Shown here piece after piece: positions 9,072 to 17,479 of a stretch of DNA of 64,000 bases. The stretch is from positions 5,809-69,808 of the forward strand of contig DATDFA010000016.1 of assembly GCA_036522855.1 (NCBI GenBank), in the 5' to 3' direction. A program made the translations under genes and the position numbers. This DNA is from Candidatus Acidiferrum sp. Its GTDB lineage: Bacteria > Acidobacteriota > Terriglobia > Acidiferrales > UBA7541. Positions within the stretch are counted from its first letter, which is position 1. Every line of letters begins with the position of its first letter. A model generated the notes under the pieces. It worked only from the letters and a program-made list of their open reading frames with translations, made no database searches and was not told the DNA's origin.

Positions 9072-9437
9072 ATGCCTCCGAGGCTCACGAACGGCAAAAT
9101 CTGCTACATCGAGATACCCGCGACCGATATTGTGCGGTCGGCGGATTTTTATAAGACAGTGTTCGGCTGGAACATTCGAACGCGCGGAGACGGCAGCACT
9201 GCGTTCGATGATACGACGGGCCAGGTAAGTGGCGCGTGGGTGCTCGGACGTGCTGCCGCTGCTAACCCCGGGCTTTTGCTTTACGTGATGGTGGACAGCG
9301 TCGCGGAGACTCTTGAAACGGTCGTCGGAAATGGAGGCGTGATCGTGCGGCCGATCGGCGCAGATTCCCCGGAGATCACGGCCCGGTTTCGCGATCCTGC
9401 GGGAAATGTGATCGGTCTTTATCAGGAGCCAGCCTGA
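9072..9437 (+). CDS. VOC (glyoxalase/bleomycin-resistance/dioxygenase) family protein
   Basis: ORF 9021-9437. I chose ATG 9072. KICYIEIPATDIVRSADFYKTVFGWNI ... ARFRDPAGNVIGLYQ matches the paired beta-alpha-beta-beta-beta VOC module. Confidence 0.7.
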   Translation: MPPRLTNGKICYIEIPATDIVRSADFYKTVFGWNIRTRGDGSTAFDDTTGQVSGAWVLGRAAAANPGLLLYVMVDSVAETLETVVGNGGVIVRPIGADSPEITARFRDPAGNVIGLYQEPA

Positions 9438-9467
9438 GACGACAGAAATTAGACCGAGCTAAATCCG

Positions 9468-9497
9468 AAGGGCGGCGAGAGCGCCGCCCTTTATTCT
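9468..9497. terminator. intrinsic terminator hairpin in convergent gap (VOC gene / small secreted protein gene)
   Basis: AAGGGCGGCG (9468-9477), loop AGAG, CGCCGCCCTT (9482-9491), then TATTCTTCT. The 10-bp GC-rich stem is perfect and sits between two convergent stops (9437 and 9516). Confidence 0.6.
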
Positions 9498-9515
9498 TCT
9501 AGCAGGCTTGGCTGG

Positions 9516-9980
9516 CTACTGCTTGTCGTAAACGGCGATGCTGGTCTGCTTCTTTCCTTTGGCATCCGTGCTTGAGACCGTGACAGTTCGAGTTTTGCCG
9601 TCAGCTGATGTCACGATGTGAGCAGTAGCTACTGGTTTGCCGTCCTTCTTGAGTACTACATGCAGGGTGTGATCGTTGATCTTGGTGTACGCCCGCGCAT
9701 CGTCCGTGGTGCTGCCGGTCGAGGGATAGTCCTTGCCGTCGAACTTTCCGGTCCACTCAGAATGTGTCGGTTTGCCGTCGGCGCCTACGCCATCAAGGGT
9801 GACCTTAACACTGTCACCGGCCGGTTCATAAACGACGGTGGTATTTTTCTGCGCTCCCGGCGGAAACTTGGACTTAGCCTCGTTCAACTTCCATGAGGCA
9901 ATAAATCCCTCGGCGGCGAGGCAAAATCCTACTGCAACTAAGCAAACTGCCAGACTGGTGAGCAATGCTCTTACTTTCAT
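9516..9980 (-). CDS. small secreted beta-rich protein of unknown function (lipocalin-like pattern)
   Basis: 154 aa with AGGAGG 6 nt upstream of ATG 9980 and signal peptide MKVRALLTSLAVCLVAVGFCLAA. The mature part is a K/T/D-rich alternating pattern (TVVYEPAGDSVKVTLDG, HVVLKKDGKPVATAHIV). Confidence 0.6.
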   Translation of the reverse strand: MKVRALLTSLAVCLVAVGFCLAAEGFIASWKLNEAKSKFPPGAQKNTTVVYEPAGDSVKVTLDGVGADGKPTHSEWTGKFDGKDYPSTGSTTDDARAYTKINDHTLHVVLKKDGKPVATAHIVTSADGKTRTVTVSSTDAKGKKQTSIAVYDKQ

Positions 9981-10339
9981 AATTCCTCCTGAAGTTTTGA
10001 AGCAGATGGTCCCGATTTGCCGCGGAGTGTAGCTCCGCTGAATGGAATTAGCAACTGGCTACGGTGTTGATCCGGCCGCAAGGCAGACAGGTTCGCGAGT
10101 GGAATGAAATTCGAAGCGACGGACATCCCCGATTTGCGCGACGTGGGCGCGAACGAATCGTAGCGGAATCGTCATTCGCAAATCCATTGAATGGCCCCGA
10201 AAGACTTGAACCGGCGGCAAGTAGATTTCTTCGGCGTGCTCACGCTGGTCTTTTGCGAAAATTCTTGACAAGATGGCGGAAGTTCGCGCAGAGCTTACAA
10301 TCCGCAAAGGACCATCGTGACGTAGCAGGAGGGGAAGCC

Positions 10340-11197
10340 ATGGGACGATTTTCCCGGAGCTGGAACCTGGTGGAAGAAAGCTTCGCGGTATTGTGGGCGG
10401 ACAAACAACTGATGCTGTTTCCAGTTTTGTCTGGAATCAGCTGTCTGATTGTTACGCTGCTGCTGGGTGCTGGCGGGCTCGCCATTTTCTTGCCCGCCCT
10501 GCGGGAAGCCGGAATCACGCCGCAGAATTTTCAGCACACCGCCAGGTCGCCTGAATTAGCGGCGGCGATTTTTGTTTTTTATCTGGCAAATTATTTTGTG
10601 ATTGTCTTTTTCAACGTGGCGCTGGTGGGTGTGGCGAATAGCCGGTTGACGGGCGGAAATTGGACGTTTGATCAGGGACTGCAACTGGCGTGGCGGCGTA
10701 AATGGGTGATTCTGCAATGGGCCTTTGTGGCGGCCACCGTGGGCATGGTGCTGCGCATTCTTTCTGAACGGGCAGCCTTTATCGGAAAAATCGTGGTGGG
10801 AATTATCGGAGTGGCGTGGAACATAGCGTGTTATTTCGTGGTGCCGGTGCTGGCTTTTGAAGATTTGTCCCCTGGAGCGGCGCTCTACCGGTCAGCCGAG
10901 TTGTTTACCGAAACTTGGGGAGAGAGAGTAGTTGGAGGATTCAGCCTGGGCTTGGTGTTTTTTGTAGCGATGCTGCCGGGAATTGCTTTGTGGCTGGCAG
11001 CAACGCGCTTTTGGGGACCAAGCGGAATCCTGATTGGCGGAATTGTGATGGGGCTTTATTTTCTGGTGCTGTCGGTGACCAGTTCCGCGGTGCAGGGGAT
11101 TTTCAACGCGGCGCTTTACCGTTATGCATGCGATCAGGCGGTGCCACCGGGCTTTTCGCGCGATTTGATTCAGGGAGCGTGGAGTCCGAAGGATTAA
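10340..11197 (+). CDS. polytopic membrane protein of unknown function (DUF6159-like; family name from memory)
   Basis: ORF 10064-11197. I chose ATG 10340, preceded by AGGAGGGGAAG. The product starts MGRFSRSWNLVEESFAVLWADKQLMLFPVLSGISCLIV, followed by about 6 hydrophobic helices. Confidence 0.6.
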   Translation: MGRFSRSWNLVEESFAVLWADKQLMLFPVLSGISCLIVTLLLGAGGLAIFLPALREAGITPQNFQHTARSPELAAAIFVFYLANYFVIVFFNVALVGVANSRLTGGNWTFDQGLQLAWRRKWVILQWAFVAATVGMVLRILSERAAFIGKIVVGIIGVAWNIACYFVVPVLAFEDLSPGAALYRSAELFTETWGERVVGGFSLGLVFFVAMLPGIALWLAATRFWGPSGILIGGIVMGLYFLVLSVTSSAVQGIFNAALYRYACDQAVPPGFSRDLIQGAWSPKD

Positions 11198-11280
11198 GAA
11201 TTGCCCCGGCTACCCGGTTTTGGCAGGTTGTGCTATAACGGTGCGGCCGTAGAACAGCACTTGAACGGGTTGAAGCAGGC

Positions 11281-11511
11281 GTGAAGCCAATCAGTACGCA
11301 CGAAGTAGTTATGCGACCGGTAATTAAGGTAGGCGGTTCGGCAGGCGCCGCTCACGCTCCTTCGAATCTTGTTGCTGTGCCCGCGGTAGCGACCGGTTAT
11401 GAGGACCCTTCGCGGTATTGTCCAGTCTGCTCGCAGCGGCTGGAATCAACAAAGTGCAAGCTGATCTGCACTGTCTGCGGCTACTACATGTCTTGCGCGG
11501 ACTACTACTGA
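11281..11511 (+). CDS. small zinc-ribbon protein (hypothetical)
   Basis: 76 aa ORF with a GTG start; ATG 11311 is an alternative. C-terminal CPVCSQRLESTKCKLICTVCGYYMSCADYY gives a CPxC-x12-CxxC knuckle pair plus a fifth Cys. It ends 67 nt before the STAS gene on the same strand. Confidence 0.45.
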   Translation: MKPISTHEVVMRPVIKVGGSAGAAHAPSNLVAVPAVATGYEDPSRYCPVCSQRLESTKCKLICTVCGYYMSCADYY

Positions 11512-11578
11512 GTGATGTATGATTTTGGGCCGGAACAGCTTGCCGCCGGACCTGCTTTTCGATGAGGAGGAAACAAAC

Positions 11579-11926
11579 GTGGCATTGAAAATGAGTCAAC
11601 GCGAAGTGGACGGCGTGACGGTGGTTGCGCTTGACGGGCGAATCGTGCTGGGCGAAGAGAGCAACGCACTGCGCGAAAAAGTAAAAACACTGCTGGCCGA
11701 AGGCAAGAAAAAAATCGTGCTCAACATGGACAATATCACGTTCATTGACAGCGCGGGCCTGGGCACGCTGGTGGCGTCTCACCACACGGCAAAGAAAGAG
11801 GGAGCCTTGTTGCGGCTCTGTCATTTGGGAAGCAAGTTCCAGGAAGTACTGCAGATTACCAAGCTGCTGACGGTGTTTGACGTCTCGAACACCGAAGCGG
11901 AAGCGGTGGCCAGCTTTACGAAATAG
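11579..11926 (+). CDS. STAS-domain anti-sigma-factor antagonist (SpoIIAA/RsbV-like)
   Basis: GAGGAGGA (11564-11571) lies 7 nt before GTG 11579; ATG 11591 is an alternative. The sequence is ...MSQREVDGVTVVALDGRIVLGEESNALREKVKTLLAEGKKKIVLNMDNITFIDSAGLGTLV, with the conserved phosphorylatable DSAGLG motif. Confidence 0.8.
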   Translation: MALKMSQREVDGVTVVALDGRIVLGEESNALREKVKTLLAEGKKKIVLNMDNITFIDSAGLGTLVASHHTAKKEGALLRLCHLGSKFQEVLQITKLLTVFDVSNTEAEAVASFTK

Positions 11927-11957
11927 GGCAGCTGGAAGTACACAATCAAGAATTCAA

Positions 11958-11991
11958 GAGAGGCGCGCAAGCGCGCCTCTCTTTGTTTTTT
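11958..11991 (+). terminator. rho-independent terminator after the STAS gene
   Basis: GAGAGGCGCGC (11958-11968), aa, GCGCGCCTCTC (11971-11981), followed by TTTGTTTTTT. Confidence 0.7.
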
Positions 11992-12058
11992 AGAGAGGAC
12001 GGATCTTGCGTTTCTTGCCACAAAAATAAGAAAAACAGAAAACGCGAAAAAGCAAGGT

Positions 12059-13396
12059 TCAGACGCGGTACATGGTAATGCCGCTGAGAAGTTTTGGATA
12101 GAAGTCAGTAGACTTTTGCGGCATGACCTCGTTGGACGTGGCCACATGCATCACTTTTTCGACATTCACGGGATTCAGAAAAAAGGAAACTTGAGCGCGG
12201 CCCGAATCCACGGCGGCGATGGCGGCGGCAGCTTCGCGTTCATAGGCGAGATTAATTTCTTTCGTTGCGGCTTGAAGGGTGATGCCGAGCGCGGGTTCGA
12301 GAATTCCGTCGTGGAGAAGGACGACATCGAGATCGCGTTGCAGAGCTGGAACGCTCGGCAGAAGCTCGCTGAGTACTGCTCCCGGACGCAGTCCGAAGAG
12401 ATAAAACGCTCGGTGGCCCTCGGTAACAGGATAGGCGCCGATGGAATGTTGTCTTCCGGTGGCGGCCAGGCGCGAAAGGAATTTTTCGCGGGCGGATGAT
12501 TTTTCTGATTCATTTGCAAAAGGAAAAACTTCGGAAGCGAACCAGGGTTCGAGATAGCGCCGTACGGCGGACCAGGAAAAATCGAGAACGTTGGCGACGA
12601 CGCGGTGCGTGGCAAGAATGATCAGGCCTTCGCTGTGGGTGTTCACGAAAGTCATCATGGCCCGCTCGTAGGGCGCGTTGGGATCGGCGGAAGGGGCGCC
12701 GGCACGCCGCTCGTTGCGATAATTCAACGCGGTTTCATAGCGATGGTGGCCATCGGCAATGACAAGTTTTTGCTCCGCCATGGCTTCTTGAACTAAACGC
12801 ACGCTTTCGTGTTCGGTGAGGGGCCAGAGGCGATGGATGACGCCGTACTCGTCAGTGAGCTCGGTGGCCGGGGATGCTGAAGATTCGGCCTCAGCGAGGA
12901 TGGCATCGACGCGCCTTTGCGGATCGGAATAAAGCATGAAGAGCTGGCCGGTATGGATGCGGGTCCGGCGAAGAAGTTCGAGGCGATCGGCTTTCGGTCC
13001 GGAGAGTGTGTGCTCGTGACGAAAAATAACTCCGGCAGAATATTCTTCCAGCTGGCCGGCTCCGATAAAACCGCGGCGGACGGCTTTTGTTGTTGTGCCA
13101 GGAATGGTGAATTCCTGCGCATAGCCGTAAAACGCGGGCGCCGGATCCTGCAGCACTACTTGATCGCGGATCCATTCTTCCACTTTCTCGGCGGCGCGGG
13201 TGTAGACATTATTCTGCGGAGAATCTTCCGGAAACACGCGTCCTTTTTCCACGGTAATCAGATTCTGAGGATGCATGGCATAGTATTCGGCTTGGCGTTC
13301 AGGAGAAATCTTGTCGTAGGGCTGCGTGAGGACGCGCTCGAAAGGGGCGAGTTTCGGGTTGAAACGAAAAGCGCGAAAAGGAAATACCTGAGCCAT
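12059..13396 (-). CDS. DUF1015 family protein
   Basis: ORF 12059-13546. I chose ATG 13396 (GGAGA upstream). The N-terminus MAQVFPFRAFRFNPKLAPFERVLTQPYDKIS and the internal LVIADGHHRYETAL are characteristic of DUF1015. Confidence 0.75.
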   Translation of the reverse strand: MAQVFPFRAFRFNPKLAPFERVLTQPYDKISPERQAEYYAMHPQNLITVEKGRVFPEDSPQNNVYTRAAEKVEEWIRDQVVLQDPAPAFYGYAQEFTIPGTTTKAVRRGFIGAGQLEEYSAGVIFRHEHTLSGPKADRLELLRRTRIHTGQLFMLYSDPQRRVDAILAEAESSASPATELTDEYGVIHRLWPLTEHESVRLVQEAMAEQKLVIADGHHRYETALNYRNERRAGAPSADPNAPYERAMMTFVNTHSEGLIILATHRVVANVLDFSWSAVRRYLEPWFASEVFPFANESEKSSAREKFLSRLAATGRQHSIGAYPVTEGHRAFYLFGLRPGAVLSELLPSVPALQRDLDVVLLHDGILEPALGITLQAATKEINLAYEREAAAAIAAVDSGRAQVSFFLNPVNVEKVMHVATSNEVMPQKSTDFYPKLLSGITMYRV

Positions 13397-13490
13397 GAGT
13401 TCTCCAAGTGGGCTGTTACACAAGAGTGGAATCCAGTATTTTACGCGAAGAGAAGCGCGGAATGCGACGCGGGTATTAAAATAAAAAGAT

Positions 13491-14159
13491 ATGAATGATA
13501 AATTTCGCGGCGCGGTGAAGGCGTTTGTTTTCGATCTGGATGGCACGCTAATTGATTCGAAGCGGGATTTGGTGGAGAGTGTGAACGCAACCCTGCGCGA
13601 AATGGGCCGGGCGGATTTGCCGGCTCATATCGTGGCTAGTTACGTAGGATCTGGCGCGCCAGTCCTGATGAGCCGGGTGCTGGGCGGAGCGGCTTCACCA
13701 GAAGAGTTGCAGAATGCCTTGAAGCTATTTCTCACTCATTACGAAGACCACAAACTGGATTTCACGAGGGCATATCCCGGAGTGCGCGAGGCTTTGGAGC
13801 AATTGCGCGACGTTCCGATGGCGGTGCTGACAAACAAGCCGGTGAATATCAGCCTCCGGATTTTAGAGGGACTCGGGCTCGCCGAGTTCTTTGTGGCAAT
13901 TTATGGAGGAAACAGCTTCGCGACGAAAAAGCCTGATCCGCTGGGAGCAAACACGCTACTGAGCGAACTGCGCGTCACCGGAGCGGAAGCCGCGATGGTA
14001 GGTGATTCGGAAGTAGATGTGCAAACCGCGCGTAACGCGGGCATGATTTCTGCCATTGTAAATTTTGGATTCGGTGCGCACGACCGCAAAGCTTACCCGG
14101 CCGACATTTATCTAGATCGGATGGAAGAGCTGGTACCACTGATCTGGAATCACCGCTAG
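13491..14159 (+). CDS. HAD-IA hydrolase, phosphoglycolate-phosphatase-like
   Basis: The HAD motifs are present: FVFDLDGTLIDS (motif I), LTNKP (motif II) and KKPDP ... VGDSEVDVQTARNAG (motifs III/IV). Confidence 0.75.
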   Translation: MNDKFRGAVKAFVFDLDGTLIDSKRDLVESVNATLREMGRADLPAHIVASYVGSGAPVLMSRVLGGAASPEELQNALKLFLTHYEDHKLDFTRAYPGVREALEQLRDVPMAVLTNKPVNISLRILEGLGLAEFFVAIYGGNSFATKKPDPLGANTLLSELRVTGAEAAMVGDSEVDVQTARNAGMISAIVNFGFGAHDRKAYPADIYLDRMEELVPLIWNHR

Positions 14160-14248
14160 GGCAAGAACTGAAGGCCCACTTAGCAACAGTAAATGCGCAG
14201 GCCATTGAAATACTTGCGAAGACAGAGTGTACAAGGCAGACTCGGCGC

Positions 14249-15382
14249 GTGCTGATTGGACTGTTTCCGGAGTTGGATGCGCCTGGTGGAGTGCAACGCG
14301 CCGGGCGGCACCTGGCTTCCGTGTTGACGGAATTTGCGGCCAGCCGCGGAATGGAATGCCGCATTCTGACTTTGAACGACGGGCCGGAATTGAAGCGGCT
14401 GAATGTAGCGGGTCGGGAAATTGTTTTTACTGGCAGCGAACGCGCAAAGGGAAGGTTTCTGACGACGGCGATTCGCGCAGCGCGGCGGCAAGCAGCAAAA
14501 GGCAAAAGCAATACGAAATTGGTTATTGCGGGCCATCCTAATCTGGCTCCCGTCGTTCGCGCGATGCGATTTGTAGCCCCCGGCCTGAAATCCATTGTTT
14601 GCACGCACGGAGTAGAGGTGTGGGAACCGCTGACGCGCATGCGGCGGATGGCGTTACGACGAGCGAATGTTGTTCTAGCTCCAAGCAAGTACACTGCCGA
14701 CCATGTGGCGGCGGTGCAGGGAGTGGCCACGGAAAGAATTCGAGTGCTGCCGTGGGCGCTCGACCCGCAATTCGAAACGTTGGCGCCGCGCGCGGCAAAG
14801 TCTTCCGCACCCGCAAACTTTCCCCACGGACGAGTGGTGTTGACTGTGGGAAGGTGGCGCGCGGATGAACGCTATAAAGGAATGGATACGCTGATTTCGG
14901 CGCTGCCCAGGCTGTTGCCGCGTTGGCCAGAACTGCAACTAGCGGCAGTGGGCGAAGGCGACGACTGCGCGTGGCTGGAAGATCTGGCGGAACAAAATGG
15001 GGTGCGGCACCGCGTACATTTTATTTCCGGGCTTAGCTACGAACAGCTCGCGGGATATTACGCACACTGCGAGATTTTCGCGTTGCCGAGCCGCGGTGAG
15101 GGATTTGGATTCGTATACCTCGAAGCGATGGCATGTGGAAAACCGGTAATCGGCGGAGCTCACGGCGGCGCGCCAGAAGTAATCGGGGACGGCGAGACTG
15201 GTTACCTGGTACCACATGGCGACGCGGGTCAACTGGCAACCGCGATCGGGACTTTACTGGCTGATCCGGCGCTGGAACGAGAGATGGGCCACCGCGGCAA
15301 GCAGCGTGTTGAGAACGAATTCCGCTTCAGCGTGTTTGCAAAATCTTTTCGGAAAATTCTGCGCGAGCTATGCGAATCCTGA
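14249..15382 (+). CDS. glycosyltransferase family 4 (GT-B)
   Basis: 377 aa, GTG start. The C-terminal half, FALPSRGEGFGFVYLEAMACGKPVIGGAHGGAPEVIGDGETGYLV, carries the GT4 E-x7-E region. Confidence 0.8.
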   Translation: MLIGLFPELDAPGGVQRAGRHLASVLTEFAASRGMECRILTLNDGPELKRLNVAGREIVFTGSERAKGRFLTTAIRAARRQAAKGKSNTKLVIAGHPNLAPVVRAMRFVAPGLKSIVCTHGVEVWEPLTRMRRMALRRANVVLAPSKYTADHVAAVQGVATERIRVLPWALDPQFETLAPRAAKSSAPANFPHGRVVLTVGRWRADERYKGMDTLISALPRLLPRWPELQLAAVGEGDDCAWLEDLAEQNGVRHRVHFISGLSYEQLAGYYAHCEIFALPSRGEGFGFVYLEAMACGKPVIGGAHGGAPEVIGDGETGYLVPHGDAGQLATAIGTLLADPALEREMGHRGKQRVENEFRFSVFAKSFRKILRELCES

Positions 15383-16593
15383 GCGTCACACAATCGTACG
15401 CGCCGTTTTATGAATTCGGCGGACCGCCCATAAAAGTGGAGGCGCTGGCAAATGGCTTGACACAGCGCGGGCACGAAGTGACGGTGCTTACCGCTGACTG
15501 GGGATTCGAATCCCGGCAGCGGATGCAACAGGGTGCGAACATGGCGGAACGCTCCGCGTTCGGATGGACCAGGAAATCAAACGGCGTGCAAACCATTTAT
15601 TTGAAGACGTGGTTTCGCTACCGGGCCGCGACGTGGAATCCCGCCATGAGGCGATATTGCCGCGCGCAGCTCGCGACGTTCGAAGTGGTGCACATTTTTG
15701 GCCTCTACGATTTGCTGGGACCGTCCGTGGCCAGCGAGTGCCGGACGCGGCAAATTCCTTATGTGATCGAACCCATTGGAATGTTCGTGCCGATTGTGCG
15801 AAATATTTTTTTGAAGCGCATATATCATGCACGGTGGGGCAAGGAGATGCTCCGCGGAGCCGCTGCGGTGATCGCGACAGCGGAGCAGGAAGTGGAGGAG
15901 CTGGCAGCAGGCGGAATTCCGCGTGAGAAAATTCGGCTGCGGCGCAATGGAGTTGCTGTGCCGCGTCAATTCCCTGCATCTGGAGGATTTCGCGCGGAAC
16001 AAGGAATTCCTGCCGATGCGCTGCTGATTTTATTTTTGGGCCGTCTATCACAAAAGAAGAGTCCGGATTTGCTGTTAGAAGCCTTCGCACAGATTCCAGA
16101 AACCATTGCGGGAAGGATGGTCTGGCTGTCTTTCGCCGGGCCGGACGAATCGGGAATGCGAGCGCGCCTGGAAGAGCTGGCGCGAGCGCGGGGAGTACAA
16201 TCGCGAGTCGTTTTCAGCGGCGCGATTTTTGACGACAAGAAATGGGCTGCCTATCGCGACGCGGATCTATTTGTTTTGCCTTCGTGGAACGAAAATTTTG
16301 GAAATACGGCAGCGGAAGCTGCAGCGTGCGGCACGGCGGTCGTCATCACACAAAATTGCGGAGTGGCCCGCCTGCTGGAGGGGATTGCGGCGCGAGTCGT
16401 GCCACATGAAACCCAAGCGGTGGCACGAGCCGTTGAAGAGCTACTAGGCAATGCGAAATTACGCTCGCACATGTCGGAAGGCGGAAAAAAGGCAGCCGCA
16501 GGACTGGCCTGGGATGAGCCGGTGAGCGAGATGGAACAGATCTACGCGACGCTTGCAGCCCGGCGGCATGTCGTTGGACAATCTTTAGGGTAG
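15370..16593 (+). CDS. glycosyltransferase family 4 (GT-B)
   Basis: 407 aa, overlapping the upstream GT by 13 nt. The N-terminus is MRILSVTQSYAPFYEFGGPPIKVEALANGLTQRGHEVTVLT. The C-terminal part is LFVLPSWNENFGNTAAEAAACGTAVV. Confidence 0.8.
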   Translation: MRILSVTQSYAPFYEFGGPPIKVEALANGLTQRGHEVTVLTADWGFESRQRMQQGANMAERSAFGWTRKSNGVQTIYLKTWFRYRAATWNPAMRRYCRAQLATFEVVHIFGLYDLLGPSVASECRTRQIPYVIEPIGMFVPIVRNIFLKRIYHARWGKEMLRGAAAVIATAEQEVEELAAGGIPREKIRLRRNGVAVPRQFPASGGFRAEQGIPADALLILFLGRLSQKKSPDLLLEAFAQIPETIAGRMVWLSFAGPDESGMRARLEELARARGVQSRVVFSGAIFDDKKWAAYRDADLFVLPSWNENFGNTAAEAAACGTAVVITQNCGVARLLEGIAARVVPHETQAVARAVEELLGNAKLRSHMSEGGKKAAAGLAWDEPVSEMEQIYATLAARRHVVGQSLG

Positions 16594-16626
16594 GACTCGA
16601 AGCGCGGTACGGTTCCAGGTCTCAGG

Positions 16627-17475
16627 GTGAGAGAGAAACTCTTTCGGCTCGTCTGGCGCAGTGTAAACGTCGTGCTGGTGGCGTCGTTGCTGGCATTTGT
16701 ATATTCGGCCGGATGGGAACACTCCGTGCGGCGGTATCTGCATGGCTTCACGGACGCGATCATTCCTGCAGACAGCGCACCGGAAGAGCGCGTGGAAGCG
16801 ATTTTGGACTGGATGCGCGATGGACCGCCACGGTCATCGCAGACGAATCCAGGCAGCTTCGCGTTCCGCGATCCTGAAACAACTCTGAACTTCCAACAGC
16901 TGCTTAGCGTCTGCGGAACGGCGACCAATGCCTTTTTGAATTTGGCGCGAAGCGCTGGTTTGCCGGTGCGACGGCTACTGCTGCTCTCTCCAGATCGCAC
17001 AGCGAAACATGTAGTGGCGGAAGTGCAGATCGATGGCCGGTGGATCGTCGTGGATCCGACCTATCGAACGGTGATGCGCAACGAGCAAGGCAAGATGCTG
17101 ACCCGCGAAGAGCTGCAAAACCAGCAAACTTTCGCCGAGGCGACTGCGAAAATTCCCGGCTACCCTCCCTCGTATAACTACGACAAATTCGCGCATGTGC
17201 GGATCGCGCGGCTTCCGCTCGATGGGCTAAAGCTTCGTCCGATGCTGGACAAGATGCTGCCAGGATGGGACGAAAGCGCGGATTGGAGCCTGCTGTTGGA
17301 GCGCGAATCATTTTTCGTCATGACAACGGCGGCGTTCGCGACGTTATTTTTGCTGATGTTGAGATTGTGGCTGGCCTGGTATGCGGATCAGCGATTGAAA
17401 TTGCCGCGCTTCCATCTGCGGACTCACCTGCTGCGAGCGGGCGCCGCGTTCTTCACCACGCCGGAGATCAAGTAA
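16627..17475 (+). CDS. transglutaminase-like cysteine-protease-fold membrane protein
   Basis: 282 aa, GTG start. An N-terminal TM helix (VVLVASLLAFVYSA) and a C-terminal TM helix (FFVMTTAAFATLFLLMLRLWLAW) flank a Cys-His-Asp core: SVCGTATNAFLNLARSAGLP ... AKHVVAEVQIDGRWIVVDP. Confidence 0.65.
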   Translation: MREKLFRLVWRSVNVVLVASLLAFVYSAGWEHSVRRYLHGFTDAIIPADSAPEERVEAILDWMRDGPPRSSQTNPGSFAFRDPETTLNFQQLLSVCGTATNAFLNLARSAGLPVRRLLLLSPDRTAKHVVAEVQIDGRWIVVDPTYRTVMRNEQGKMLTREELQNQQTFAEATAKIPGYPPSYNYDKFAHVRIARLPLDGLKLRPMLDKMLPGWDESADWSLLLERESFFVMTTAAFATLFLLMLRLWLAWYADQRLKLPRFHLRTHLLRAGAAFFTTPEIK

Positions 17476-17479
17476 CCGC

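Noticed and set aside
10265-10301. Perfect TTGACA and TACAAT hexamers upstream of the DUF6159-like gene
   Set aside because: The spacer is 25 nt, far outside the 16-18 nt range, so they cannot act together as one sigma70 promoter.
11221-11234. TGGCAGGTTGTGCT upstream of the Zn-ribbon ORF looked like a sigma54 -24/-12 promoter
   Set aside because: The GG and GC elements are separated by 8 nt instead of the required 10, and the -12 TTGC is not matched.
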